Positions 25,047-41,033 of a stretch of 64,000 nucleotides of DNA are shown in pieces. This stretch comes from Neocallimastix sp. 'constans' (lineage: Eukaryota). How positions within the stretch are numbered: the stretch's first letter is position 1; each line of letters begins with the position of its first letter. A model generated the notes under the pieces. It had not been told where the DNA came from. It saw only the letters and a program-made list of their open reading frames with translations, and made no database searches. Made by a program: the position numbers and the translations under genes. The stretch covers positions 372,001 to 436,000 of the forward strand of contig JBODTK010000122.1 in the NCBI GenBank assembly GCA_050613775.1. The letters run 5' to 3'.

Positions 25047-26943
25047 GTTTATACTATTATTCAGTTTCTATTATATATTTATATTCATTAAATGTAAATG
25101 AAAAATGAAGAAAAAAAAATATTGAAATCGGTAATTTAATACCAATAATTTAATACAATAGATACCATATATATTTTTCTTTTTTATTGTTTGTTTGTTA
25201 ATTGTTTGTTTGTTTGTTACTCAAAGAAAAAATATTAAATAAAAAATAAATAAATAAATAAAACAAAGAAAATATTTTTTTATTTTATATTTAAAGGAAT
25301 TATTTTTTTCTTCCGTACAATACTCCACAAAATAAAACTTTAAAATATATATATATTTGATTTGTAAATTTATTTATTTACATATTTATTTGTTTGTTGT
25401 TAAAGTCATTTACTTCATTTACTTTTTTAATTGGCTTTATATAAAAAAAATAATATTTCCTTTTATGTTAATATTATTGTATTTTTGTGTCACCTTTATT
25501 ACATTTATGGAAGACAATAAGACAATACCTCAATTTGTTGTACATTACATATAATGCATTAATGTATTAAAAGAAATATAAAAAAATATGAAAAAAATAT
25601 TTATATAATAATTTTTTTATAATAAAATTATATATTTATTTTTTTTAATAATTAAATGAACATATAAAAATTACAAGGAAAAAAAAAAAATATACATAAA
25701 TATATTATGTATAAAAATAATGTTAACATAATTTTGTACATTATTAAATTTTTTTCTTTTTTTTTATTAATATTATTATTAAATACATGAATCATGATAA
25801 CCATTGTACAAATATAAAGTATAAAAAATATATATATTTATTAATTTAATATAAATAAAAAGTAATTTCTAATATCCAATATGCTTCATCACCTATGAAT
25901 CTATAATCTATTTTCAAATATTTAAATTTTAATTAATAATTACGGTCATTAATAAAATATATATTATAGCTTTACTTTTTATAATCATTTTATATTATAA
26001 CTTTATTTTATTTTATTTATAATATTTCATTTTATATCATTTGATTATGTAAATTTTTATTTTTTTTTTTTTCATAAAAGTTAAAAGAAGCTATATTATT
26101 TAAATGTTTATTTTTTAATGAGTTATTTAATTAATATCAAAATATAAATAATTAATAATTGTATTAATAAAATCATTATTTATTATTAAATATTAATTAT
26201 ACTACCTAATAATATTTATGAATTTATGAATATTATACCATTACTATATTTTTCTATATGATTGATTATTATTTATTTATATTTTTATATTTTTCTATAA
26301 AATTAATTATCATTTATTTATGCTTTTATAATTATGATTATTATAATTAATATTGAAATTATTATTAGTATCATCATTATATTTTTTTTTATTATTATAA
26401 TATTTATTATAATTAATCAATATTAAACTTCTATGGTTATTATTATAGCGTTTATAATATAATTAGTATTAACAATGGATTTTTCATATTTAGCGGGAAA
26501 TAAATCTTTAATATCCATTCCATTATAAATTCTTTTTCATCAAAAAAAAAAAGTAAAAAACAAAATTATTGAATTAATAATCATTAGTAAAGTTATTTAA
26601 TATTGATTCTAACTTTATTGAAATACTTCTTACAAAACTTTAAATATTTTTAAAAACATAAGACTACTATTTATAAAGGATATATTTAATCTATGATTTG
26701 AATTATATAACTATAATATATGTGCTTATATTTTTATCCTATTTTTAGAAAGTTTATTTAAAGAGTTATTTTTTATTTAATAACCCAATACCATTTATTT
26801 TTTTATTTTTTTCCTTTTTCCTTTTTTCCTTTTTTTCTATATTACTAATATTATAATGTTTTTTGGTTTTTTTATTTATACTCTTTTGTTATGACATATA
26901 TTTAATTAATATATTAAAAAAAGAAATATCTAATAGCAAGTTT

Positions 26944-26980
<37 letters not shown>

Positions 26981-27440
26981 GGAGTCTTGATATATTTCTT
27001 TTGTTATTAATAATTATCATAAAAAAAAATACATTTAATTATTTTTTTTTTTTAATTTTAATTTTAAAAATCATTCCTAAAATAAATAAAATATTAAAAT
27101 ATATGATATTAAAAACATGTCTAGCTAATAATATTTATCATAGTTGTTTGATTATCTTTTATAATTTACATTTTGTAGATAAAACAAAAATTCAATATAT
27201 ATTTAAAAAAAAAAAAGTTATTTTTTATTATTATAAAGTACTAAATAAAGTTTATTTCTTATAATGACATAAAAAAAATAAAGACTTAGATGAAGTTTTC
27301 TTTTATTATTGAATATATAATAATACGTTTATTTTTAATTTCAAATTTTATTAAAGATTTTTATTATTTCTTTTAAAAATTCAATAAAAAAACTTTATTT
27401 TAATTCTATACCATGTTTTTTTATAATAGATAAAAAATAT

Positions 27441-27707
27441 TATTATATTATATTATATTATATTATATTATATTATATTATATTATATTATATTATATTA
27501 TATTATATTATATTATATTATATTATATTATATTATATTATATTATATTATATTATATTATATTATATTATATTATATTATATTATATTATATTATATTA
27601 TATTATATTATATTATATTATATTATATTATATTATATTATATTATATTATATTATATTATATTATATTATATTATATTATATTATATTATATTATATTA
27701 TATTATA
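27441..27707. repeat. (TATTA)n pentanucleotide microsatellite
   Basis: Perfect tandem run of about 265 bp. Confidence 0.97.
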
Positions 27708-29836
27708 TGCAATAATTTATTCTCCTGAAAATTTTAAAATTTAAAAAAGTTTATTTTATAGGAAAATATTGATAGAAAAATAAAAAAAAAGTTAACTTTA
27801 TTTATTATAAAATTTAAAGATCATTCTAAAAAAATATTTTTTTCTTAATTTAATTCTATCATTTTTAAAGGTTAGCTATTTTAATAATAAATATTACAAA
27901 CTTCAAATCAAAAATTTGATTTTTTTTTTTTTTTAAATATTTTAAATTCATATTCTATCTATTTTATATATTATGTTTCGTTGTATATAGTATTTATGAC
28001 TTTATATTTTTATTTATTATCTTCATCTTTATTTTATTAATTAGTTAATAATTAATATTACATATATATCATTATTTTTTTCAAACTTATTTTTGTTATT
28101 TCATTTCTATGTTTTTCAATCACATTTTAAACTTTTATTAATTTTTTTTTTAATTTTTTAATTCTTAAAAATGCATATAATAATTTATATTGGATTATTA
28201 AGTATTACTTTATTTATATTTAGAAACGCACATATAAAAATATAATAGATAAATGAATGTATAAATATTATATGCAATTTAAATTTTATTTTTTATTTAT
28301 TCATTTATTTATTTTTTTTTTTTAAAAATAAAATATTATAAATGAAGTTTATTACAATGTGCCAATCTTTGTAATTATAATAATTAGACTTTACTTCTAT
28401 AATTAAAACAAAAAGTAATTAAAACGTGAGATTACAGCAACAAATCATGATAACATTTTTATTTTGTGCATAATCCATACAACCAAAATTATAGATAATA
28501 AATAAAAAGGTTATTATTATTTAAAATTTGTTGAATTTTGATTTGTTTAAAAGATTTAAAACAAAAAAAAAAAAATTTTTTTTAAGGAGGTTACAATTAC
28601 CATAAATATTATATTTTTTTTGTCAAGTTTTGTACTGGCTAAAAATAAACTTATATTTTATATTTATTTATTTTTTTGTTTTACTTTTTATATCATGAGA
28701 ACAATTAAAGCCACACTATTACATGGTACAATTTTTATAATTGTTTGGATAATATAAAGTAATGAAAATATATAGTTATATATAATATAATAATCATTAT
28801 TATTAATGAAGAAATTCTATTTTTTTCTTTATTTTTTTTTTCTATTATTATTATTATTTTTTATTTGTAAAACTTTGATTTGTTTCAAAAGATATAAATA
28901 AAAATTTTTTTTTAAAATTGTTTATATTACCATAAATATTATTTTTTATCACTTTTTTTTTTTTTTTACTAAAATAAATATAATATATATATATATGTTT
29001 CACTTTTTATATCATGAGAACAATTATATTTACTTTCATTTTCGTAGCAAAATTTATGGATAATATAATATATACTATAATAAATATTTAATAATTTCAT
29101 TTTTATTATTAAAGAAATATTCTTATTTTCGCTTTTTTTTTTTTTTTTTTTTTTTTCATCATATAATAAATTAAATATTTAATACACTGAATTTTCTATA
29201 AAATTATTAATTATTATTCCAATTGTAGAAGTAAATAAAATATCTTAAAATTATAGCGCCACCAATGGTGTAATTATTATTATTGTATTTTTTAAAATTA
29301 TAACTTTAAAAACTTAAAAATTTAAATTTATGATTGAAATCAACAATGATAATAAAGGTTTAATGTCATTTATATTTAAAAAAGGATAATAAATATGTAT
29401 ATATATATTTTTTTGTGAAGTAAATATAGCATATAGCATATATTTATTTATATATATATATTATATAAAAACTACATAGATCATTCATAGCCTTATTTAT
29501 AATAAGTAATCTTTATGAACATGTATATTTAGTTATTTTATTTAATTATATATTATAAGATAAAAAATTATCTTTTAACATTATTTTAAAATGAAATAAA
29601 TACATAATATAGAATTAATATAATAAATATTAATACATGTTTAAATAAATATAACAGTTAATTTCAAGTTTTAAGCTTTTTTTTTTTTAAAAAAAAAAAA
29701 AATAAAGTATTTATTTATAAAAAGATTTTTAATTAATTAAAGAATGTCAATAAATATTCATTTTGTACTTTTTAATTACTAATAATTAAATATTATTATT
29801 AAATTGTTACTTTCTTTATTTTAATTATTAATTAAA

Positions 29837-29880
<44 letters not shown>

Positions 29881-30491
29881 ATATAAAAGGTCATGTTTTT
29901 TGTTAATATTTATAATATTAATTAATTTATAAGAAATAATTAAAAAGGCTTAATAAATTATTATAACATTTTAATTTTAATTATTATTTTACAACAGTAC
30001 ATTATTTTTAATGTAGAAAATTTACTTTGAAGATTTCATTTCATTAAACTTTAATTTCCATATGACTTCTTTTTTTTTTTTTTTAAAACTTTTTATACTT
30101 AATTTTAAATAATTAAACTTTATATATTTTTTTCATTAAAAAAAAAAAAAAAAAAAGTCATTAAAATAATAAAAAAAGTAAAATATATTTATATATATAA
30201 TAAAATAAAATAAGAATAATAAAACTATTATAATTCAAAATTTAAAGATTTAGATTTTGATTTAATTTTGAATTTGATTATAATAAAAACTTAGTTTTGC
30301 TGCTTAAATAAATAATAATGAAATTAATAAAAAGACAAAATAATAATAATATTAATTAATTTTAAGTAAAATAAAAGAAATGGTATGAAAAACTTTAAAA
30401 AATCTCCCTATAAAATAATTTGTTAAACTTACTTAAACTTATAATTTATGATTATAATATTATTATTAGTATTAATATTTTTATTTTTTAT

Positions 30492-30532
<41 letters not shown>

Positions 30533-32070
30533 AAAAAAAAAAAAATCTTTAAATAATTTTATATGCATTATATTGTAAATATCTTAACATAAAAATAAAA
30601 TTTATTCCTTTTTAAGACATTTTTGTTTCTTTAATGGATTAAAATTATTTGGTTTATTCTTAAAGGAAAAAAAAATAATAAAAGTTAAAACAGGTCATCT
30701 TGTATGTCTTAAAAAGTTAATATATGTCATTTTTTTTATGTTTATTTTTATTACCATTATCATTATTATTATTACTATAATTATTATTATCTTTATTATT
30801 ATTATTATTTTATTTATAAATAATATATGCAATAGTATATATTATAAAAATAAATTTAAGTATATTAATAATTATATATTATAATTAATTTTAGAAGTAT
30901 AAATTATTATTAGAAATAATGAAAATTATTATTTTTTTTTTTAAATGCAATCTATTATTAAAATTAAACTATTAACCATAAAAAAAAAATACTTTCGAAA
31001 TAGAGAGAATTTAATTAAATAAATATATATAAATAAATATAGTTAGATAATTAATATTTAATTATTTATAATTATATATATATTACAAAAAAAAAAAATA
31101 ATAATAGTAATTATAAAAACATATGAAAGTAATAAGTAATGAATAATAAAAAAATAAAAAATAAATAACAAAAATCAATATTTAATTATAATTATATATA
31201 TATTACAAAAAAAAATAATAATAGTAATTATATGATAATGATAATAATAGTAATTATAAAAACATATGAAAGTAATAATGAATAATAAAAAAATAAAAAA
31301 TAAATAACAAAAATCAGTAATAAATTATTAAATAATTATTAAAAAATAAATAATTTTATTATTTATTTATTATATTCAAATCTTAAATAACAATAATTAT
31401 AATTAAATACTATTTAAATATACTAAAAGAATTAATATGGAAAAAACTTTTTTTTTTTATTAAAACCTTATTCTTAATTAATTAACCTTAAATTAATTAA
31501 TTATTAGATTTATTCTATGTTATTATAATTAAACTTTTATTTAAGAAAATTAACTTATGATTATTATTAAAAAAAATATAATAATAATACTAAATAATAA
31601 TAATATTAATTAAAGTAACAATACAATATAATAACAGTAATAATAATTAATACTAATAAAAAAAAAAATAGAAATTTAGAATCTCAGTAAACCTTTTTAC
31701 TGAGAAATGAATTATATATAATATTTTATTTATTATTCATTAGTAAAAATAATAGTATAATTTAATATGATTCAATTTTATTGATTTTACTATTTTTTCC
31801 ATAATCTATAAATATAATTATAATAATAATTAATTATAAATGATAGTAATTAATAAATAATAAATAATTATTAATGGTATAATAATAATAAGAAATAATA
31901 GTAATAATTAATAGTAATAAATTATTTATAATTTATAATTTATTATTATTATATTTTTAATTATTATTAAATAACAATTGCTATTATTATTTAATAATAC
32001 ATAATGAATATTATCAAATATAATAAAGCAATAAACATTAACTAATGAATGATAAATAACATTTTATTTA

Positions 32071-32102
<32 letters not shown>

Positions 32103-32351
32103 CATTTTAAATAATAATAATAAATGAAATTTTAAATTTATTACTTTTAATATCTTTTTTTGGATAAATAGAGATGAAGCTTTAAAGAATAAGATTTTTT
32201 TTTAATTATTATCAGAAATGGTTAAATTGGATATAATAAGCTTAAATAAAATTCAAATTTGTTTTTATTTTAAACAAAATGATAATTTTAATATTTACTA
32301 ATTAATTAATTAATAATAAATAATGTTTAATAATAGATAATTAATACTTAT

Positions 32352-32640
32352 TAATAAATAATAAATAATAAATAATAAATAATAAATAATTGAATAATAA
32401 ATAATAAATAATAAATAATAAATAATAAATAATAAATAATAAATAATAAATAATAAATAATAAATAATAAATAATAAATAATAAATAATAAATAATAAAA
32501 AGAGTATTTATTAATAAATAATAAACAATTAAATAATAAATAATAAATAATAAATAATAACAAATAATAAATATAATAATTATAAATAATAAATTATAAA
32601 TAATAAATAATAAATAATAATTAAATAATTAAATAATAAT
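32352..32640. repeat. (AATAAAT)n heptamer satellite
   Basis: Tandem heptamer with an embedded AAAAGAGTATTTATTAATAAAT variant. Confidence 0.9.
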
Positions 32641-33269
32641 AAATTAATAATAATTATTAATAATTAATAAAAATAATAAATTACTATTAAATTTTTAAAT
32701 AATACTTGTGTATAATTATAATAACACATAATAATTAAAATAATATATTAAATATGAATAATTATAATAATAAATAATAAGTATAAATGCTTATAAAAAA
32801 ATAAATATTTAATGAAAAAATAATGAATATAAACATTTATAGAAAACATTAATTCTTTATAAACAAAAAACATAAACAAAAAAAAAAAAAAAAAAAAAGT
32901 TAAAAACATATGAAAATCAAATTAGTTTATATAAATAATTATAAAAGATTAATAAAATCAATGATGAGAGTACTAATAAAAAAATATTTTTATTATATAA
33001 TTATAAATTAAATGTAATAAGATAGATGTATTAATAATCTAAATATTTGTCTAATAAATAGGTCAAATTTTTATTAATTATTTTCCATGTTTTGAAATAT
33101 ATTGAAAAATAAAAATAAAAATAAAAATAAAAATAAACAGAATAATATAAATACATATTTAAAAATATATATAAACTATATATATAAAAAATATAAAAAA
33201 ATAAAGTGTTAATAATATTAAAATACTAAAATATTATTTTTATTTTTATTTTTATTTTATTATATTCAA

Positions 33270-33841
33270 TATGTACTTTATTTATATTTCAACTATTTTA
33301 TTTTATTTTATTTTATTCAATCTGTACTTATATTCATATTCTACTATTTATTTTATTTTATTTTATTTTATTTTATTCAATCTGTACTTATATTCATATT
33401 CTACTATTTATTTTATTTTATTTTATTTTATTTTATTTTATTTTATTTTATTTTATTCAATCTGTACTTATATTCATATTCTACTATTTATTTTATTTTA
33501 TTTTATTTTATTTTATTCAATCTGTAGTTTATATTTATATTTCAACTATTCATTTTATTTTATTTTATTCAATCTGTAGTTTATATTTATATTTCAACTA
33601 TTCATTTTATTTTATTTTATTCAATCTGTACTTATATTCATATTCTACTATTTATTTTATTTTATTTTATTTTATTTTATTTTATTTTATTTTATTTTAT
33701 TTTATTTTATTTTATTTTATTTTATTTTATTTTATTTTATTTTATTTTATTTTATTTTATTTTATTTTATTTTATTTTATTTTATTTTATTTTATTTTAT
33801 TTTATTTTATTTTATTTTATTTTATTTTATTTTATTTTATT
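33270..33841. repeat. ~50-bp minisatellite (ATTCAATCTGTACTTATATTCATATTCTACT core) merging into (TATTT)n
   Basis: The ttcaatctgta core recurs six times between 33317 and 33630, followed by a pure TATTT run to 33841. Confidence 0.92.
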
Positions 33842-34042
33842 CAATAAAATAATTTAAAAAAAAATATTATTTTAATGTTTAAATTTTTTTTTTGTTTGTT
33901 TGATTATTGTATAACTTTAAATCATTTATATTATTGTCCAAAACTTTTCTACTTTTATGAGCAATAATAAAATATATATTTTATTTCTTAATACAAATAT
34001 ATATTATATTTCTTAATTATTAAAAATTTTTAAAAATTATTT

Positions 34043-35582
<1,540 letters not shown>

Positions 35583-35712
35583 TTGATTTTAATTTTTATT
35601 TAAATAGTAAAAAGGTATTTGTGAAGAATAAATTTTATTTTAATAAAATATTATTTAGAAATATATATATATATATGTTTTTTATTTTTTATATTTTTAT
35701 TTTTTAATTTTT

Positions 35713-35744
<32 letters not shown>

Positions 35745-35904
35745 GGATTATGTTTATTATATAGATTATCTAATAAAATATTTTGTTATTATTTAAATAA
35801 GAACTTATTATTTAATAATTTCTATTAAAACAAAAACTTTAAAAAAAAAAAAAAAAAAAAATTAATTATTAAAAAATTTCAAAATTATTTTTATTTGAAT
35901 AAAA

Positions 35905-38115
35905 TTAATTTTTTGGTTTTGGTGATAATATTTCTTTTATATTTTGATTCAGAGATGACAAATCGATTCTACTTTTATCTAATTCGATTTCATGACTATT
36001 GGCATATTCCATTAATAATTTTACAATTTCTAAATTACCATTATTACATGCCTCATAAAGTGGATAATCTCCATATTCATCTTTATCATTCAAAGTTAAT
36101 GTTATATTTTTTTGATTGGCATATTCCATTAATAATTTTACAATTTCTAAATTACCATTATTACATGCCTCATGAAGTGGATAATCTTCATATTCATCTT
36201 TATCATTCAAAGTTAATGTTATATTTTTTTGATTGGCATATTCCATTAATAATTTTACAGTTTCTGGATTATTTTTTTTACATGCCAAATAAAGTGGATA
36301 CCATTCATTTTCATTTTCATTTTTATCATTCAAAGTTAATGTTATATTTTTTTGATTGGCATATTCCATTAATAATTTTACAATTTCTGAATTACCATAT
36401 AGACATGCGTTATAAAGTGGATAAAATCCATTTTCACTTTTATCATTCATAATTAATGTTATTTGTTTTTGATTTGCATACTCGATTAATAATTTTACAG
36501 TTTCTAAATTACCACTATAACATGCCAACTCAAATGAATAATTTCCATATTCATTTTTATTATTCAAAGTTAATGTTATATTTTTTTGATTGGCATATTC
36601 CATTAATAATTTTACAATTTCTGAATTACCATTACTACATGCCCGATAAAGTGGATAATCTCCATTTTCATTTTTATCATAATACCATCCTTTTACATTT
36701 TTATTTTTATCATTCACAGTTAATGTTATATTTTTTTGATTGGCATATTCGATTAATAATTTTACAGTTTCTGAATTATTATTTCTACATGCCAAATAAA
36801 GTGGATACCATCCATTTTCATTTTCATTTTTATCATTCAAAGTTAATTCTATATCATGTTGATTTGCATATTCGATTAATAATTTTACAATTTCTGAATT
36901 ACCATTTTTACATGCGTAATAAAGTGGATAATATCCATTTTTTTTATCATTCACAGTTAATGTTATATTTTTTTGATTGGCATATTCGATTAATAATTTT
37001 ACAATTTCTGAGTTATTATTATTGCATGCCTCATAAAGTGGATAATTTCCATTATCATTTTTATCATTCAAAGTTAATTCTATATCATGTTGATTTGCAT
37101 ATTCGATTAATAATTTTACAATTTCTAAATTATCTTTATTACATGCAAATAAAAGTGGATACCATCCTTGGTTAACTTTATCATTCAAAGTTAATTTTAT
37201 ATTTTTTTGATTGGCATATTCCATTAATAATTTTACAATTTCTGAATTATTTTTATAACATGCTAATAAAATTGGATAAATTCTTTCTTTATTTTTATCA
37301 TTCAAAGTTAATGTTATTTGTTTTTGATTAGCATATTCCATTAATAATTTTACAATTTCTAAATTATCACTATAAAATGCACTTAAAAGTGGATACCATC
37401 CATTTTTAGTTTTATCATTCAAAGTTAATGTTATTTGTTTTTGATTAGCATATTCGATTAATAATTTTATAATTTCTAAATTACCACTTTTAATTGCGGA
37501 ATAAAGTGGATACCATCCATCGTCATCTTTATCATTCAAAGTTAATGTTATTTGTTTTTGATTAGCATCTTCCATTAATAATTTTACAATTTCTAAATTA
37601 CCCATATGAAATGCACTTAAAAGTGGATAATATCCATCTTTAGTTTTATCATTCAAAGTTAAAGTTATTTGTTTTTGATTAGCATATTCCATTAATAATT
37701 TTACAATTTCTAAATTATCATTACGAAATGCGTTATAAAGTGGATACCATCCATTATCATCTTTATCATTCAAAGTTAATGTTATTTGTTTTTGATTTGC
37801 ATATTCGATTAATAATTTTACAATTTCTAAATTACCATTAAAACATGCCGAATAAAGTGGATACCATTCATTGTAATTTTTATCATTCACAATTAATGTT
37901 ATATTATGTTGATTTGCATATTCGATTAATAATTTTACAATTTCTAAATTATTTTTGACACATGCATATAAAAGTGGATATTCATCAAAAAAACTTTTTT
38001 CATTGATTTTTAAAACAATATTATTTTGGTTAGCATCATTAATTATTGATTTTACTTTTTCAAGATTATTTTTTTTACAAGCTTTCAAAAATGGCTTTTT
38101 TTTAAATAGTCCCAT
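35905..38115 (-). CDS. Ankyrin tandem-repeat protein, 736 aa, intronless
   Basis: About 17 near-identical ~40-aa units of the form YPLxxACxNxNxEIVKLLxEYANQKxITLTLNDK. Confidence 0.92.
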   Translation of the reverse strand: MGLFKKKPFLKACKKNNLEKVKSIINDANQNNIVLKINEKSFFDEYPLLYACVKNNLEIVKLLIEYANQHNITLIVNDKNYNEWYPLYSACFNGNLEIVKLLIEYANQKQITLTLNDKDDNGWYPLYNAFRNDNLEIVKLLMEYANQKQITLTLNDKTKDGYYPLLSAFHMGNLEIVKLLMEDANQKQITLTLNDKDDDGWYPLYSAIKSGNLEIIKLLIEYANQKQITLTLNDKTKNGWYPLLSAFYSDNLEIVKLLMEYANQKQITLTLNDKNKERIYPILLACYKNNSEIVKLLMEYANQKNIKLTLNDKVNQGWYPLLFACNKDNLEIVKLLIEYANQHDIELTLNDKNDNGNYPLYEACNNNNSEIVKLLIEYANQKNITLTVNDKKNGYYPLYYACKNGNSEIVKLLIEYANQHDIELTLNDKNENENGWYPLYLACRNNNSETVKLLIEYANQKNITLTVNDKNKNVKGWYYDKNENGDYPLYRACSNGNSEIVKLLMEYANQKNITLTLNNKNEYGNYSFELACYSGNLETVKLLIEYANQKQITLIMNDKSENGFYPLYNACLYGNSEIVKLLMEYANQKNITLTLNDKNENENEWYPLYLACKKNNPETVKLLMEYANQKNITLTLNDKDEYEDYPLHEACNNGNLEIVKLLMEYANQKNITLTLNDKDEYGDYPLYEACNNGNLEIVKLLMEYANSHEIELDKSRIDLSSLNQNIKEILSPKPKN

Positions 38116-38294
38116 TTAATTTTGTTTTTATTATTTATACAATAAAATCTTTTTTTTTTTTTTTTAAATGTTAAAAAAGATAGAGATATAAAAAAAAAAA
38201 TAAAATAAAATTTAAAAAATGAACAAAAAAAATTTTTTATTTATAAAAAATCATTCAAAAACATTTAAAAATAAAAATTTATATTTAAATTATA

Positions 38295-38330
<36 letters not shown>

Positions 38331-40319
38331 ATTATTGTTGTTGTGGTTGACTTCACTCATAATTTAACTATATATTTAATTTATTTATTTATAGTATTTG
38401 TTTATGTTTAAATGTATTATGATCTATCGTCTTGTATAAATCAATGTTAATTATCTTTTAATATTTATTTAATTAATTTTTAATTTATTCTATGCTAAGT
38501 AACATATGACTTTATTACTATCCTAAATAATTAAAAAAACCTTTCTAAATTAATTTTATTAGAAATTGGAAATTATTAAGAAATTACATTTTAAAATTAT
38601 AAATTTATTAATATGAAATACATTTTAATCACATAACATAAATTATATATATAAGAATATAATTATAATAATAATTGATGATAATTGATGATTAATAATT
38701 AAATCATTAAATATTTAAATAATATTTAAATAAATATTTAGATAAATAATTAAATATATAATTAATTAAATAATTAAATAAATAATAAATAAATAATAAT
38801 TGGTGATAATAATTAAATCAATAGTTAAAAGTATTACAATAAGATATACTTTTTAAAGTTTCATTAAAACTACTATTAAGCCAAAAAAAAAAAAAAAAAA
38901 AAAAAAATTTTTTTTTTTAATACAAATTGTTAGATATGTAAATGAACCAATAATCTATATGTATTAAATTTACCTATTTATATTAGTTTGTCACATTATT
39001 ATTCTAAAATATATTCCTATATAATATGATGAAATATGTTATTTGTTGATCATAATGCGTATTTCTTAAAGGTTTTCTTGTATCGTCATTTTATAACTCT
39101 TCTGGTTTAAGCTAGGCTTATAATTATTAAAAATATTTATTTAATATTTATTTTAATAATTATTTAGGTTAACTAATATAGGAGAATAATTTTTAATTAT
39201 TTTAATCGGTTCATTTTTGATTTTGGAATAGCTTTTATTTTTGATTTTTTGTGTAATCTCAATCTATTAATGGCTATAACTCCTGAACCGATAAGGATTG
39301 AGCCATGAGACTTGGAAGTGTAGCTTTCAAACAAGCCTAGCGCCTTCGCGTTTTGACCAAATATTGAACCACGTTTTGAGAAGTTACGCTTGTTTAAAGC
39401 ATTGACTCATTTTTTTTTGAAATAATTAATAATATATAACAGTTGTTCACTCATGCAAAACATAAAAAAAATTTTTTTATTTTTTTTAAAGCTTATTTAT
39501 TATAAAATTTAAATATAAAATTGAATTTATAATTTATTTGTTTTTGTATAAGCGATTTCCAAAAGTGATTTATTTTTTATATTGCATTTTTCAACAGGAC
39601 TTTTCCCGAAAAACAATGAATAAGTGACACATAATATTTTTTGAATGTTTAAATCTATATTTAAAGTTATTTTTTAAGAAGTAATTTCAGATTAAGTCGA
39701 AAAAATTTTAATCTTTATGTAAACATTTTCGAAATTGATAAAATTTTAATAGATAATAGATTTAATAAATATAATGAAAAAGGACTAGTAAAAACAATTA
39801 TTTTAGGAATCTCATTTGTATTAATATTTATATCATATTAATAAAAAGATTAACAATATCAGAAGCATCAAATGAAATTAAAAAGAAAAAAAAAAGAAAA
39901 AAGCAACTAAAATAGTTAATTTTTAACCTTGATAAAGTAACATTATTAAAAGAAATTCAACTTTATACATATAAAGTTATTAATCAATATTGTTCAGCAT
40001 TTTTAGTATTTATGAACCTGAAAGAATTTTAAAAGATTTAAAATTTATCGATTAAAAGAAAATCACGAACAATTGAAAGATGGCACTTAACATATTACAA
40101 ACCTAACCCTAGATGCTAATCCCAACCTAAATTATATAAAGATAGTAATAAAACTTTAATTATTATTATATTTTATATTAAAGCTTAATTATATTTATGG
40201 TCACAAAACCAAATATGGAATAATTAATTAATTACTTTTTAGATATTTTAAATTTTAAATTGAAAAAATTAGTTTAATATTATTTCCTTATATTGAATTA
40301 ATAGTTTAAAATAATAATG

Positions 40320-41033
40320 AATAAAATAATAAATAATAAATAATAAATAATAAATAATAAATAATAAATAATAAATAATAAATAATAAATAATAAATAAT
40401 AAATAATAAATAATAAATTGTAAATAATAAATAATAAATAATAAATAATAAATAATAAATAATAAATAATAAATAATAAATAATAAATAATAAATAATAA
40501 ATAATAAATAATAAAAATAATAAATAATAAATAATAAATAATAAATAATAAATAATAAATAATAAATAATAAATAATAAATAATAAATAATAAATAATAA
40601 ATAATAAATAATAAATAATAAATAATAAATAATAAATAATAAATAATAAATAATAAATAATAAATAATAAATAATAAATAATTAAATAATAAATAATAAA
40701 TAATAAAAAGTGTATTTATTAATAAATAATAAATAATTAAATAATAAAAAAAATAATAAATAATAAATAATAAATAATTAAATAATAAAAAAATAATAAA
40801 TAATAAATAATAAATAATTAAATAATAAAAAAATAATAAATAATAAATAATAAATAATAAATAATAAATAATAAATAATAAATAATAAATAATTAAATAA
40901 TAAATAATTAAATAATAAATAATAAAAAGAGTATTTATTAATAAATAATAAATAATAAATAATTAAATAATAAAAAAATAATAAATAATAAATAATAAAT
41001 AATAAATAATAAATAATAAATAAATAATAAATA
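40320..41033. repeat. (AATAAAT)n heptamer satellite
   Basis: About 700-bp tandem run with two AAAAG(A/T)GTATTTATTAATAAAT interruptions. Confidence 0.95.

Noticed and set aside
33270..33660. CRISPR-like repeat-spacer appearance
   Set aside because: The spacers are only variable TATTT runs, the context is eukaryotic and there are no cas genes; it is a minisatellite.
20400..33900. Short track ORFs rich in F/Y/I/L/K here and at 44-63 kb
   Set aside because: Translations of microsatellites and homopolymers with no coding signal.
35895..37175. Plus-strand repetitive ORFs of 185 and 239 aa
   Set aside because: Antisense shadows of the ankyrin repeat gene.
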